Of a stretch of 64,000 nt of DNA, positions 40,221-53,000 are shown in pieces (the first letter of the stretch is position 1; every line of letters starts with the position of its first letter). The position numbers and the translations under genes were made by a program. The notes beneath the pieces were generated by a model. The model did not search any database and was not told the origin of the DNA. It saw only the letters and a program-made list of their open reading frames with translations. The DNA comes from Octopus vulgaris (Eukaryota), in contig OX597815.1 of NCBI GenBank assembly GCA_951406725.2, positions 5,580,001 to 5,644,000 of the forward strand. The letters run 5' to 3'.

Positions 40221-40365
40221 GGTGATGATGATGATGGTGGTGGTGGTGGTGGTTGTGATGATGATGATGATGGTGGTGGTTGTGATGATGATGATGATGG
40301 TAGTAGTGGTGATGATGATGATGGTAGTAGTGGTGATGATGATGATGGTGGTGGTGGTGGTGATG
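39960..40365. repeat. (GGT)n/(GAT)n microsatellite
   Basis: Direct inspection. Confidence 0.95.
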
Positions 40366-41408
40366 TGATTCACTTCTCCAAGCTGAAGAAATTAATGACA
40401 ATTCGAAATGGTGAGATGAAAGCTATATCAAGTATGAATCATGTTTTTTTTGTCTTTTCTATTCTCTTCTGTGATCAGTTTCAGCCGGGGGGGCCTGTGG
40501 CCATGCTGGGGCAATGCCATTAGTGTTGATGCTTTTATGTTAGTCCGTACTGATTGTTATTCCAACCCGACATCTTCACTACTACTACTGCTGCTAGAAC
40601 AGTCTCTGCTCTTTTGAACTTGTATATGCAATCCCCCCCTCCTCCCCCTCCTCCTCCTCTGCCGCAGCCACCGCTGCCACCTTTTCCACTTCCTCCTCTT
40701 CTGCCTCTCCTACCACCTTTTTCTCCTCCTCGCACAAATATAACATCTCATCAAAGTCCATATAAAACACTTTGTCCACTTACCTTGTGGTATTTGTTCT
40801 GCCCATGTTTCACACACACACTCCCTTGTCCTTGTCGCCAGCATAAATATAAATCCAGTGAACCAGTCATTGACCCATCGGACACTTGCCACTAATTAAG
40901 CTATTATCTCACCTTAATTACTGTCTAATTATCTTACAGGTGATATTCAAGACCAATTCAAAATGTCGGTATATTTCTCTTACTCCAGTATATAATTTAA
41001 ATAACACCTGTAATTGACTTAATTACTTTAATTAGGTGATCACAAATTGTAGTTAAACTGTACTTTACAAAGGTGAAATGCAGCCAGGTGTCTACTGTAT
41101 GTGCTGATATTTCAGTCTTTAGAATGTGGCCATGCTGGGGCATCACCCTGAGAAGTTTCAGTCAAACACATTCACCCGAGTACTTATGTTTTTCTTTTTC
41201 CTGAATCTTTTACCTATTGGTCATCTTTCGCCAAACCGTTAAGATATGGGGATGTAAACAAACCAACACCAGTTGTCGAGTAGCAGTGATGTGACAGACA
41301 CAGATGTGAAGATATACACTTAAACATTTTTTTTTTATTCTCCTCTAATCAATTTCTCTTCTACCCTTTGAGAAGAACATCACCTTTCACTTGGAACCTT
41401 ATCTTTCT

Positions 41409-41945
41409 TTAAACCCATTGCCTGCCATGAGCCCCATTTAGGGATCTGCTAAAAAACCGTCTCACTGCCGGTTGTTCGTTGTATTTAAAGTGAATTGCTT
41501 ATGTACATTGCATCTGCAGAGGTGTGTTTAACAATACTTAGTAATTAAAGTTTGTCATTATTAGCTCTGGCTAATTCCAGAGGACATTTTATGTCATAAA
41601 TCGTAAATTTTGGAACCACAAAAATATTGACTGTTTTGCTAATGTTCTTTTTCGTTTGTTTTGCATTTCCCATCTACATCATTCATTGATATTTCATACA
41701 CATTCGCATTCGATAATATAGTTAAAAAAAAAAAACTAAAATGTTTATTATTGCAATTGAATAGAAAAGGATAAATATGCTTTTTTTTCAGCAATCCCCA
41801 TTTGGGACTTTTCTAAAAAATTTTCATATTTTCCAAAATAATTCACATATGAAGAAAATTTAAATACCATATATTATTTTAACGCCTAAGACACCTGGTA
41901 AAGCCAAAAAATAGGAATGAAAGAATTTGGCCGTCGATAGGTTAA
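41409..41945. mobile_element. possible piggyBac-type non-autonomous element
   Basis: ttaaacccattgcctgcca ... tggccgtcgataggttaa, imperfect TIR with TTAA ends. Confidence 0.4.
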
Positions 41946-42322
41946 TAAAACCCTCTCCACTATTTCTTACAACCAAACATTTATAATCGGTACAAGATTC
42001 AAAACCATTTTTTTCTATCATTGCCATATTAGAACATACTTGAAATGATGATGATGATGATGATGATGTGTAGAGTAAGTTCTAAGACTGACTATTCTCT
42101 GCCTAGGGTTATAGGCTGTGAACTATAAAAACTAGGACGAGAGTTCAAAGTTTAAATTACTTTCATACAAACTTGACATGTCCAAACTTGAATCAATAAT
42201 TCCGTTTTTTTTTTTTAATTTAAAAGACCAAAATCTTCAGTGAGACAGTAATTTCAAACCAGTGGTTTATCATCATCATCATCATCATCATCAATCATCA
42301 TCAATCATCATCATCAATCATC

Positions 42323-42366
<44 letters not shown>

Positions 42367-43420
42367 ATCATCATCATCAATCATCATCAATCATCATCAT
42401 CAATCATCATCATCATCATCATCATCATCAATCATCACCATCATTATCATCATCATCATCACCATCACCACCATCACCATCATCATCATCATCATCGATT
42501 AACGTCCGTTGTCTATGCTGGCATGGGTTGGATGCTTCGACTGGGGCTGGTAAGCTGGAAGACTGCATCAAACTCCAATCTTGATCTGGCATAATTTCTA
42601 CAGCTAGATGCCCTTCCTAATGCCAACCACTCTGAGAGTGTAGTGGGTGCTTTTATGTGCCACCAGTATCTGCCACGACTGTGATTTTGCTGAGGTTGAT
42701 GGTTCTTCTTCTCAAGTACAACATAATACCAAAGATCTCGTTCATTGCCTCCGTAAGGCCCAACGCTCAAAAGGAAACTATTTTTTAACCTATGGGTCTC
42801 TTTGATTAGCAGTTTACTCTGGTGGGTCCCCAAAGCCATTTGGGGCCTAAAATCTACTTTTAGAGATATTTCTTTCAAAATTCTTATTTTACTTTTCAGA
42901 AGATCACTTTTATTCTTTTTTATACTTTTACTGGCCATGCTGGAGCGCCACCTTTAGTCAAACAAATCGACCCCAGCACTTATTCGTTATAAACCTAGTA
43001 CTTATTGTGTTGGCCACTTTTCCTGAACCGCTAAGTTATAGGGACGTAAACACACCAACATCAGTTGTCAAGCAATGGTACGGAGGACAAACACAGACAT
43101 ACAAATACATACTCTTTTACTCTCTTACCGGTCTCTTTAGCCGAACCGCTAAGTGACGCGGACATAAACACACCAGCATCGGTTGTCAAGCAATGCTAGG
43201 GGGACAAACACAGACACACAAACATACACACATACATATATATATATATACATATATACGACAGGCTTCTTTCAGTTTCCATCTACCAAATCCACTCACA
43301 AGGCATTTGTCGGCCCGGGGCTATAGCAGAAGACACTTGCCCAAGATGCCATGCACTGGGACTGAACCTGGAACCATGTGTTTGGTTAGCAAGCTACTTA
43401 CCACACAGCCACTCCTGCAC

Positions 43421-43461
<41 letters not shown>

Positions 43462-43717
43462 TAATAAGGGTAGTAATTGATATTAATTAATTAAAACCAA
43501 TTGCTTGGCATATTTAAAAAATCTGAAGATTAAAAAAAGATTGTGTTACATACAAAATTTAGAGGACTGACCTCTAAAGTGGACACCCAATATGCTAAAC
43601 ATAAGTGTCAAATCGCCATTACCCTGAAAAATGTGTTCTCAAGAAAAATCTCAGCAAAATGTAATAATAAGCAAGACAAATGAAAATACATGAAATAAAA
43701 AACAATTACTTATGTAA

Positions 43718-44130
43718 TCAGGAGTGGTTGTGTGGTAAGTAGCTTGCTAACCAACCACATGGTTCCGGGTTCATTCCCAGTGCGTGGCATCTTGGGCAAG
43801 TGTCTTCTGCTATAGCCCCGGGCCGTCCAATGCCTTGTGAGTGGATTTAGTAGACGGAAACTGAAAGAAGCCTGTCGTATATATGTATATATATATATAT
43901 ATATATGTATGCGTATGTGTGTGTGTCTGTGTTTGTCCCCCTAGCATTGCTTGACAACCGATGCTGGTGTGTTTATGTCCCCGTCACTTAGAGGTTTGGC
44001 AAAAGAGACCGATAGAATAAGTACTGGGCTTACAAAGAATAAGTCCTGGGGTCGAATTGCTTGACTAAAGGCAGTGCTCCTGCATGGCCGCAGTCAAATG
44101 ACTGAAACAAGTAAAAGAGAGAGAGAGAGA
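43718..44130 (+). mobile_element. SINE family A, full length
   Basis: Complete copy; an inverted copy lies at 42930-43420. Confidence 0.87.
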
Positions 44131-45360
44131 GAGTATGTACCATTGATTTCACTTGTTAATATTTACGTATATGGATACGTAAACATCTGCAAGATCATCA
44201 GCATGGTCTGGCTGCTGGAATTTATTAACTGCAGCGTAATTTCCGATCTCAGCGCACCAAAGTGAAGGCATTTGAAAGATACATCATCATCATCATTTAA
44301 CGTACGTTTTCCGTGCTAGCACAGGTTGGATGGTTCAACCGGGGTCTGGGAAGCCAGGAGGCTGCACCAGGCTCCTGTCTGATCGGGCAGTGTTTCTACA
44401 GCTGGATGCCCTTCCTAATGCCAACCACTCCGTGAGTGTAGTGGGTGCTTGTTACGTGCCACTGGCACAGGTGCCAGGTGAGGCTGGCAGTGGCCACGAT
44501 CGGTTGGTGCTTTTTATGTGCTTCCAGCACAGAAGCCAGTCAAGGCTGTGGTGGCATCGGCCACGTTCGGATGGTGCTTTTTACGTGCCACCAGCACAGG
44601 TATCATGACTACTATTTCCATTTGATATTTATTTTGATGTTTATGTACTTGACTCAATAGGTCTCCTCAAGCACAGCAGGTCATGTGCCACCGGCACAGA
44701 AGCCAGTCAAGGCAGTGCTGGCATCGGTCATGTTTGCATGGTGCTTTTTATGTGCCGCCGGCACATCTAAATATAATTTGTAGATCTCTATACATGCTGG
44801 ATTTCGGTTGAGTGTTCTGTATCTAGTTCTGTGTTTTGTAAACGACAAAATATGCTGACAATCATGCTTCCCAACCACATGGTTCCAGGTTCAGTCCCAC
44901 TGTGCAACACCTGGGGCAAGTGTCTTCTACAATAGCCTCAGGCCGACCAAAGACATGTGAGTGGATTTGGTAGACGGATACTGAAAGAAGCCCATCGTGT
45001 GTATGTGTGTGTGTATTTGCCCACCCACCATCACTTGACAACCGATGCTGGTGTGTTTACATCCCTATAACCTAGCAGTTCAGCAATAGAGACCGATAGA
45101 ACAAGTACCAAGCTTACAAAGAATAAGTCCTGGGGTCAATTTGTTCGACCAAGGGCGGTGCTCCAGCATGGCCACAATCAACTGATTGAAACAAATAAAT
45201 AAAGAGTTACCATCCGTAATAGAAAGATAAAGGAGACAACGGTGCAGTTTCTGATATAAAAAAAAAACAAATGGAGGGGTAGGGCTGGAGTCTGTCTTCA
45301 TTATGGATCTGCTTCATTGATTGATTAGAGCTAATCTGCTGGGGTGGGTGTGCGGTTATT

Positions 45361-46119
45361 CAGGGTGTTCAAAACGTCTCTCAGCAGTAAGTGTTTTATT
45401 GCTAAATAAATATTATATTTACAAGATGGTATAAAGACTTATAAAAGAATATATTAGACTTTACAAGACTTTAAAAAACTTTATAAAAGGTGTTGAAAAT
45501 GTCGTCCTTCATTTACAGTATAGAAGTTGACTCTTCTACACATGTTTTGAAATATATCTTGAAGAGAAAAAATTCACTGCGGAGAGACTTTTTGAGCACC
45601 CTATATACAGTTATTGCGTCGATGACACGTAAAAAGCACCAACCGATTGTGGTCGTTCGCCAGCCTCCTCTGGCTCCTATGCCGGTGGCATGTAAAATGT
45701 ACCTACTACACTGACGGAGTGGTTGGTGTTAGGAAGGGCATCCAGCTATAGAAATATTGTCAGATCAAACTGGAGCCTGGTGCAGCCTCCTGGCTTCCCA
45801 GACCCCGGGTCGAACCGTCCAACCCATGCTAGCATGGAAAATGGACGTTAAACGATGATGATGATGATGATGATGATGACAGGGTGTTCAAAAAGTCTCT
45901 CCATGGTAAGTGTTTTATTGCAAAAATAAATATTTATAAGATGGTATAAAGACTACAAAAGAATACATTAGACTTTACAAGACTCTAGAAAACTTTATAA
46001 GAGGTGTTGAAAGTGTAGTTCTTTATTTTCAATACGTAGGTTGACTCTTCTACGCATATTTTGAAATATATCTTGGAGAGAAAACAAATTCACTGTGGAG
46101 AGATTTTTTGAACACCCTG
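45361..46119. mobile_element. MITE-family C-MITE composite, copy 2
   Basis: Same order, junctions and diagnostic variants as 5775-6499. Confidence 0.85.
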
Positions 46120-46356
46120 TATAATAGCAACAACAAAAAACAAACATTTCTCTGTGGGTTTTATTTCTTTTAATTATGAATGTCAGTAAATTAAAGTTAT
46201 ACAAATACGACAAATTTAATCTCTTTTTACCATTTTTCCATTAATATACACTGTTTCCATCACAATTAGTTTTGAAAAATAGTTTAGAATTTCGTCAAAT
46301 AACTTCGTCATTATTAAACCAGAACAATTCCATATTAGGGACATGAGGAATTTATA

Positions 46357-47021
46357 CAGGGTGTGGCAGAAAGGTTGCCCAGATTTCAAAGGTTAATAAA
46401 AAGCAAACACATGAAGAAGCAAGCAAAAACTTTGTATTCCTTATTTCTTCATTGCCCACAAGGGGCTAAACACAGAGGGGACAAACACGGACAGACAGAG
46501 AGATTAAGTCAATTACATCGAGCCCAGTGCGTAACTGGTACTTAATTTAATCAACCCTGAAAGGTTGAAAGGCAAAGTCGACCTCAGCAGAATTTGAACT
46601 CAGAACATAACGGCAGATGAAATACCTATTTTTTTACTACCCACAAGGGGCTAAACACAGAGGGGACAAACAAGGACAGACAAATGGATTAAGTTGATTA
46701 TATCGAGCCCAGTGAGTAACAGGTAATTTATTTATTGACACTGAAAGGATGAAAGGCAAAGTCGACCTCGGCAGAATTTGAACTCAGAACGTAACGGCAG
46801 ATGAAATACGGCTACGCATTTCGCCCGGCCTGCTAACGTTTCTGCCAGCTCACTGCCTTAAAACTTTGTATTTCTATGAAGTTCATTACATACCATTTTC
46901 CCTTCTGTATCCGGTAGGACCCACCATGGCCTGGAGCGGAGAGCATCTTATTTTCTTGTATCTTCATTTGTTTCCTTTTTATTAACCTTTCAAACCGGGG
47001 CAACCTTTCTGCCACACCCTG
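46357..47021. mobile_element. Tc1/mariner-type MITE with inserted family B SINE dimer
   Basis: TIRs cagggtgtggcagaaaggttgccc..., TA flanks; SINE at 46440-46860 flanked by duplicated aaaactttgtatt. Confidence 0.85.
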
Positions 47022-47136
47022 TATTATCTGTACCATTTATATTATTAGTAGGGTTTGTGTTCTCATCTCGGTTGTTGTTATTTCTATGTTTCTATTTTGG
47101 CTGTTGTATGCTCCAAGCTTCTTCAGGTGTCTTGTA

Positions 47137-47365
47137 TTAACCCTTCGGCATTTAAACTGGCCATATCCGGCCAAAAGTATTCTGCCTGTTTTATGTTCAA
47201 ACTGGCCGGATCTAGTCTCTCACACCAACCCTACAACATCGTTTTAAAAATTAACAGCGACCTCGTCAAAATCTCATCGCTACAAGATAATGCATGATTA
47301 GTTCAAAACAATGTGGATGAAGAAGCAATAATTTTGGTAGAATAATGCAAACACTAAAGGGTTAA
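47137..47365. mobile_element. piggyBac-type MITE
   Basis: TTAA-cccttcggcattt ... aaacactaaaggg-TTAA. Confidence 0.75.
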
Positions 47366-48114
47366 ACTTGGTTGTTGTATTGGAATTTTAAACCTAACCC
47401 TTTATTTGATTCACGGGGGTACATTGTTCTCTGTCCATTCTTTGCACTTCATAACATTTTTGCTTTAATTAATATTTTGGTGAATTATTTTAGTGCCTTG
47501 TCAGGGATCGAACTCAGAACCTCTAGTTAACTGCACTTCATTAACCACCATCTTTATCTACTACACTTGTAGTCCCCAAACTGTTTTGGGCTGCAGCCCC
47601 CTTGGCACTCAGGCCAAATTCCTGGAGACCCTTTATTTCCCAGATAAAACTTAATTAACCCATTATTTTTTTGTTTTTGCACACATCATCCCCTGACTTG
47701 AGTCAGCTTTCTTCATGATGGATTCATGTAAAATAATTTGCTGTCAATCCCATGATTGAAGACCTTCCTTCCTTGACCATCCTGTCTTTTGTTTTTCCCA
47801 GTTTCTAATCAAGGTTACAAGTGTTATATTCTCTGACTTTATCTTGATTTAAAGACATTTCCGAAAAACGTTCTGGGGTTTCACAAGAGAAGGTGTGGTG
47901 GTGGTGGTGGTGATGGTGGTGGTGGCGGCAGCGGTGGCGATGGGGGTTTCGGTGGTGGTGGTGGTGTTGGTGGCGGCGGTGATGGGGGGGTTTCAGTGGT
48001 GGTGGTGGTGGTGACGGTAGTGGCAGTGATGGAGTGGTGGCGGTAGTTTCGGTGGTGGCGGTGGTGGTGGTGGTGGTGGTGGTGGTGGTAGTGGTGATAG
48101 TGTTGGTGTTGTTG

Positions 48115-48146
<32 letters not shown>

Positions 48147-48904
48147 GGTGAGGGGGTTATGGATCAAATTTAATAAAAAAATTTCTTTAAAAAAAGTGAT
48201 ATTCACCATTTTTCAAAATAATAAGTTATGTTTGTTTGTTTCTTTCTTGAAATAATTTTTGTTTTATTTAACGTTTTATTAAAACCAGGATGGGTGAGAG
48301 GAGCACTCTCCGTAAAATGTAGGCATGAACCAATGGCCAGCCAGTAACCCGCGTTTGTATTAATAGACATCCAGAGGGCGCTGGCATTTCATGGTCAGGT
48401 CCACCTTGTGATGAAGCAGTGAGCTGGTTCTGTTGAAGGACAATGGCAATGTTGTTTAGCTTCAGGCTGACCTAGAACAAGCAGGCCGATGGTCAGAGGC
48501 TTTCTAGCTGACCTTATCCCGTCTTTTTAAGGACGTCCATGAACACATCCAGTGACCCTCCTTTTGTATTTGATAAAAGATGGTAGGGTATGATTTCAGG
48601 GAGGTTTTGGTTTCTATTTCTAGCAGATTGAGTGAAGTGACCATCTAGAGTGTCCTCCTTTATCTTTCAACTCTCCACCAACTGACCACCGCACTGAGCC
48701 CATATTACCTCACAACCCTCCCCCAAAGGACCACCCCTTCAAGCTCACCTCACCTACCAACTCTCCACGAAATGACCACCACATTGAAACCACACCTCAC
48801 AGCTATGATGCTTTCTATGCCTCTACCTTCAGCCCTTGGACAGCAAACCACTTCAGCCGACAAGGAGCATCTACATGACCCATCAATCTGCTAGAAATAG
48901 TAGC

Positions 48905-49100
48905 TCAATCGAAAGAGATCAAAGAGGAAAAGGATCCCATCAACTTTAAACGGAGTCTGGACAGATTTCTTCAAGGAATACCGGACAAGCCACCCATACC
49001 TGGATACAACTCACTCAACAAGAACTCACTACTTGAATGGACCATAAATAAAACTTGACTTAAAAAGGATTTAGATAATCCTATCAGGTGGTGCTATTAC
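48905..49100 (+). mobile_element. CR1/L2-clade LINE 3' end
   Basis: KEIKEEKDPINFKRSLDRFLQGIPDKPPIPGYNSLNKNSLLEW matches the FK..LD.FL..IPD.P...Y....NSL terminus of CR1-clade ORF2. Confidence 0.75.
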
Positions 49101-50099
49101 CACAAAAATAATTAAAATCTAGAAATATATTAAAAAAAACTAAATGTCGCAGAAACCCATGATATACAGAGAAGACACAATTCCTGTATACAATATTTCA
49201 CAGTATGCAACACATGACGATATATAGGTCCTTCAAGGGAGACTTTACAAAGAAGACCAAAAGTGCATTTGAGGTCTGAGTTTAGGGGTTCTTCACAAAA
49301 TTTAATGGGGCTGTAAGGTTTTTTTTTATTATTAAGAAGAGACCCTTCAGAGAGTCACAGTCCTCTCCTGGGTTATCTTGATGCCCAAATTTATATGCCA
49401 AATGAACTCCCTCTCATGGGTTATTACTCTAGATATTGGTTTCAAGTTTTGGCTCCAGGACTCCCTCTGTCATCATCACCCTCGTTTAACATCTGCTTTC
49501 CATGCTAGCATGGGTTGGACGAATGACTGAGGGTTGGCGAGCCAGATGGCTGCACCAGGCTTCAATCTTGATCTGGCAGAGTTTCTACAGCTGGATGCCC
49601 TTCCTAATGCCAACCACTCCGAGAGTGTAGTGGGTGCTTTTACATGCCACCGGCATGGGGCCAGTCAGGTGGTACTGGCAACGATCTCGCTCGAATCCTT
49701 TACACATGCCACTGGCACAGGTGCCAGTAAGGCGATGCTGGTAATGATTCCACTTGAATGGTGTCTTTTATGTGCCACCAGCACGGAGGCCAGATAGCCG
49801 CTCTGGCAATGATCACACTCGGATGATGTCATGCTCAGATAGTATTAATGGGATATCTGTTGATACAGAGGGAGGCCTAACCCATGCCTATATTTTACAG
49901 ACAAACCTCACCCACCATTGGAGGACAGATAGGTTGATTACATCAACCACAGGGCCCAGATGGGAATTATTTTAATGGCCCAAAAGGAGAAAAGGTAAAA
50001 GTGACTTCAGTGGATCTGAAGGACGAAATACTGCTAAGCATTTTGCCCGGCATTCTAATGATTCTGCCAGCTCTCTGCCTTATTGTTACTGTGGATCCT

Positions 50100-50132
<33 letters not shown>

Positions 50133-50563
50133 GGGAAATGTATAGAACAGAATAAGTACTAGAATAAGCACTAGGCTTACAAGGAATAAGTCCTGGGGTC
50201 GATTTGCTCGACTAAAGGTGGTGCTCCAGCATGGCCACAGTCAAATGACTGAAACAAGTAAAAGAGTAAAAGAGTATTTAAAGTTGTTAGAAACAGCGAC
50301 ATTCCTGACCACCACATTGAGGGAAGTTCAGTGGATCTTTATCTCCCCCCACCCAGTAGACCATCACAGTAAGGGCACTTCAACTCACAACTCTTCACTA
50401 ACTGACCACCACATTGAGGATTCATCACCTCATGTCTATTCATCAAGTAGCCACCACATTGACAACGCATAATCTCATGACTTTCCACTGACTGACCACC
50501 ACATTGAGTTCATATCACTTCACAACATCAACCAAATGACCATCCCATTGAGGATACATCATC

Positions 50564-51327
50564 TCACAACTCCAACTTGGAATATTTGCCCACATTTGTT
50601 TTTGGTCCAGAAATATAATCTCCGAGACTTCCCCTGTTCTCTTGGTACCTGTCACCCTTTGAGTGTGGCTTAGCTTCCCTGAGTGTAACTGGATCTGTTA
50701 GAACTGGATTGAAAGTAACTACACCTGCTTTCATTTTGTTGAGTGAGACCGAACTCGGTATTACTAGATTAAGAATGGCTTGACTTTGTGTGGTTACACT
50801 CAGGATAGCTGAATTTGATGTGGCTTTATTTAGTGTGACTGGATTAGGGGTTACTGGATTAAGGACGGAATCATCTGGTGTTGCTAAACTGGGAATAGCT
50901 GGAACTGAAGTGGGTTTTAGTGTGTCTAGATGGTGTATTTCTGGACTGAGAATGGCTTGATCTGGAGTGGTCACCCCAAGAACAACTGGACCAAGAGTGA
51001 CTTCGTTGTGTGTGAGTGGAGTAGGTATTACTGGTTTAAGGACAGCTTGACCTGGTGTGGTAACACTCAGAATAGGTGGACCTCGCGTAGCTTTATTCAG
51101 TGAGTCTGTACGTATTTCTTGACCGGGGATGGCTTGATTGGACCCAACTGGACTTGGGTTGACTTTGTCGAGTGTGTCAGGCTGTCTTTCTTGATTGCAA
51201 ATGGCTTGACCAGGTGTGGCCGCACAACGAACAGCTGGACCCAGTGTGGTTTTGTTGAGAGTGTTGGTATCTTTTGTTTCAGATTCAAGGTTGTCCTGAC
51301 TCGATGTGAGAGCGAAATATGACATGG
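50564..51327 (-). CDS. VWA3A: VWA3A-like protein, terminal exon encoding a Thr/Pro/Val-rich degenerate-repeat tail
   Basis: Acceptor ttttctcttattttctcatattttag at 51328, phase 1. 253-codon non-microsatellite ORF (MSYFALTSSQ...SKLEL*), TGA at 50564-50566, in frame with the 44-nt exon. Confidence 0.75.
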
Positions 51328-51371
51328 CTAAAATATGAGAAAATAAGAGAAAACAGTATTTTAAAGATCAG

Positions 51372-51399
<28 letters not shown>

Positions 51400-51406
<7 letters not shown>

Positions 51407-51715
51407 ATCCAAACATGAAAACACAAAGAGAAAACACAACAATGCGAGGACGTGAAACAAGTATAGTGTTATTGGATGCTCAGGAAAGGAAAGAAAGAAG
51501 GAGGATTTAACGTTTCGAGCGGAGCTCTTTGTCAGAAACATAGGAAAAGGAAAGATCCAAGGAAGGGAAGACGGAGGTAAAAAATCGCCAACGATACACA
51601 CACGTATATATGTACTGTTGTGTCTGGGGAGAGTCATTCTCTTTTAGTGCCTTATAATTTAACACACTCACTGGTAAAATGGTAAAATTTCCACTTATTT
51701 CCTTCTTTAAGAAGG
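51400..51715. mobile_element. Penelope-like terminal repeat fragment
   Basis: aacgtttcgagcggagctctttgtcag motif; shares tgtctggggagagtcatt...gccttataat with 39105-39142. Confidence 0.5.
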
Positions 51716-51729
51716 AAATAAAGAAGGAC

Positions 51730-52312
51730 AGGGGCCACAGCAGGCTGGCAAACGGCCACGATCGGTTGGTGCTTTTACGTGTCACCGACACGGACGCCGG
51801 TCAGGCGGCGCTGGCATCTGCCACGTTCGGATGGTGCTTTTTACATGTCACCGGCACAAGGTCCAGTTAGATGGCACTGGCAATGGCAACGCTGAAATGG
51901 TGTTTTTTTTACGTGCCACCTGCACAAGAGGCAGTCCAGCAGCACTGGCAATGATCTCGCTTGAATGTTTTTCACGTGTCACCGGCACAAGTACCAGTAA
52001 CGCGATACTGGTAATGATCACGCTCGAATGGTGCCTCTTACGTGGCACTGGCATGGAAGCCAGTCAACTGCTCTGGCAACAACCACGCTCAGATTGTTCT
52101 CTTAACGCTCCACTAGCACGGATGCCAGTCATCGAATTTGATTTCGATTTCAATTTCACTTGCCTCAACAGGTCTTCGCAAGCAGAGTTTAGTGTCCAAA
52201 GAAGGAAAAGGTATGCATAAGTGGGCTGGTTATGCCCCTGGCATAGGCCACGAGGTTATGGTCTCATTTGGCTTGCCGGGTCTTCTCAAGCACAGCATAT
52301 TTCCAAAAGTCT
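51730..52312 (-). mobile_element. family C internal repeats plus RTE ORF end
   Basis: DFWKYAVLEKTRQAK* on the minus strand, followed by family C ~64-bp repeats. Confidence 0.75.
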
Positions 52313-52618
52313 CAAATGTGACTTTTTAGCCCAGCTAAAGATCTACAATATCTTGTACAGAATTGGCAACTAAAACCTTTACTGGTAATAGCCAGCTGTA
52401 GTTGCAACTGGGCTTCATGTACCTTTGCATGTCGTTTAAGTCCTCCTGCCGAATTACACTCTCTTCCACATGCCCGACAGATATGATTAGTATGGTGCGT
52501 AACACCACCACCAGTGGCCAGGTTGTCACTCATCTGTCTCGCTTTATGATTACAAAGATGACTCTTGAGTCCAGCTTTACTGAGGCAGGGTCTTGCACAG
52601 ACACTGCATGTCAGCTTA
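52312..52618 (-). mobile_element. LINE (probably RTE) C-terminal remnant with three C2H2 zinc fingers
   Basis: CSVCARPCLSKAGLKSHLCNH, CRACGRECNSAGGLKRHAKVH, CQFCTRYCRSLAGLKSH. The C.R.C.S..GL.SH pattern is typical of RTE C-termini; no TGEKP linkers and no splice acceptor. Confidence 0.65.
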
Positions 52619-52621
52619 TAT

Positions 52622-52660
<39 letters not shown>

Positions 52661-53000
52661 GTAAATTTAGTCAAATTGATGCTATACGGCAGGTGTGTAT
52701 AATGATAATTATGATGGTGGTGGTGGTGGTGGTGGTGGTGGTGGCGGTGGCGGTGGTGGTGGTGGTGGTGGTGGTGGTGGAGGTGATGATGGTGGTGGTG
52801 GTGGTGGTGGTGGTGGTGGCGGTGGTGGTGGTGGTTGTGGTGGTGGTGGTGGTGGTGGCGGCGGTGGTGGTGGAGCTGGCGGTGGTGGCGGCGGCGGCGG
52901 TGGCAGTGGATGTGGTGGTGATGGTGGTGGTGGTGGTGTGGGTGATTGCAAATATTTTGAGACACAATTTGATTAGAAGGTTAACGAATCTACTTTTTAC

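Noticed and set aside
50564-50581. C-terminal SKLEL as a peroxisomal or ER-retention signal
   Set aside because: SKL is not terminal, KLEL is not a canonical KDEL, and nothing indicates the protein enters the secretory pathway.
52312-52965. Host C2H2 zinc-finger gene
   Set aside because: Upstream part is microsatellite; no acceptor or canonical linkers; finger pattern is LINE-like.
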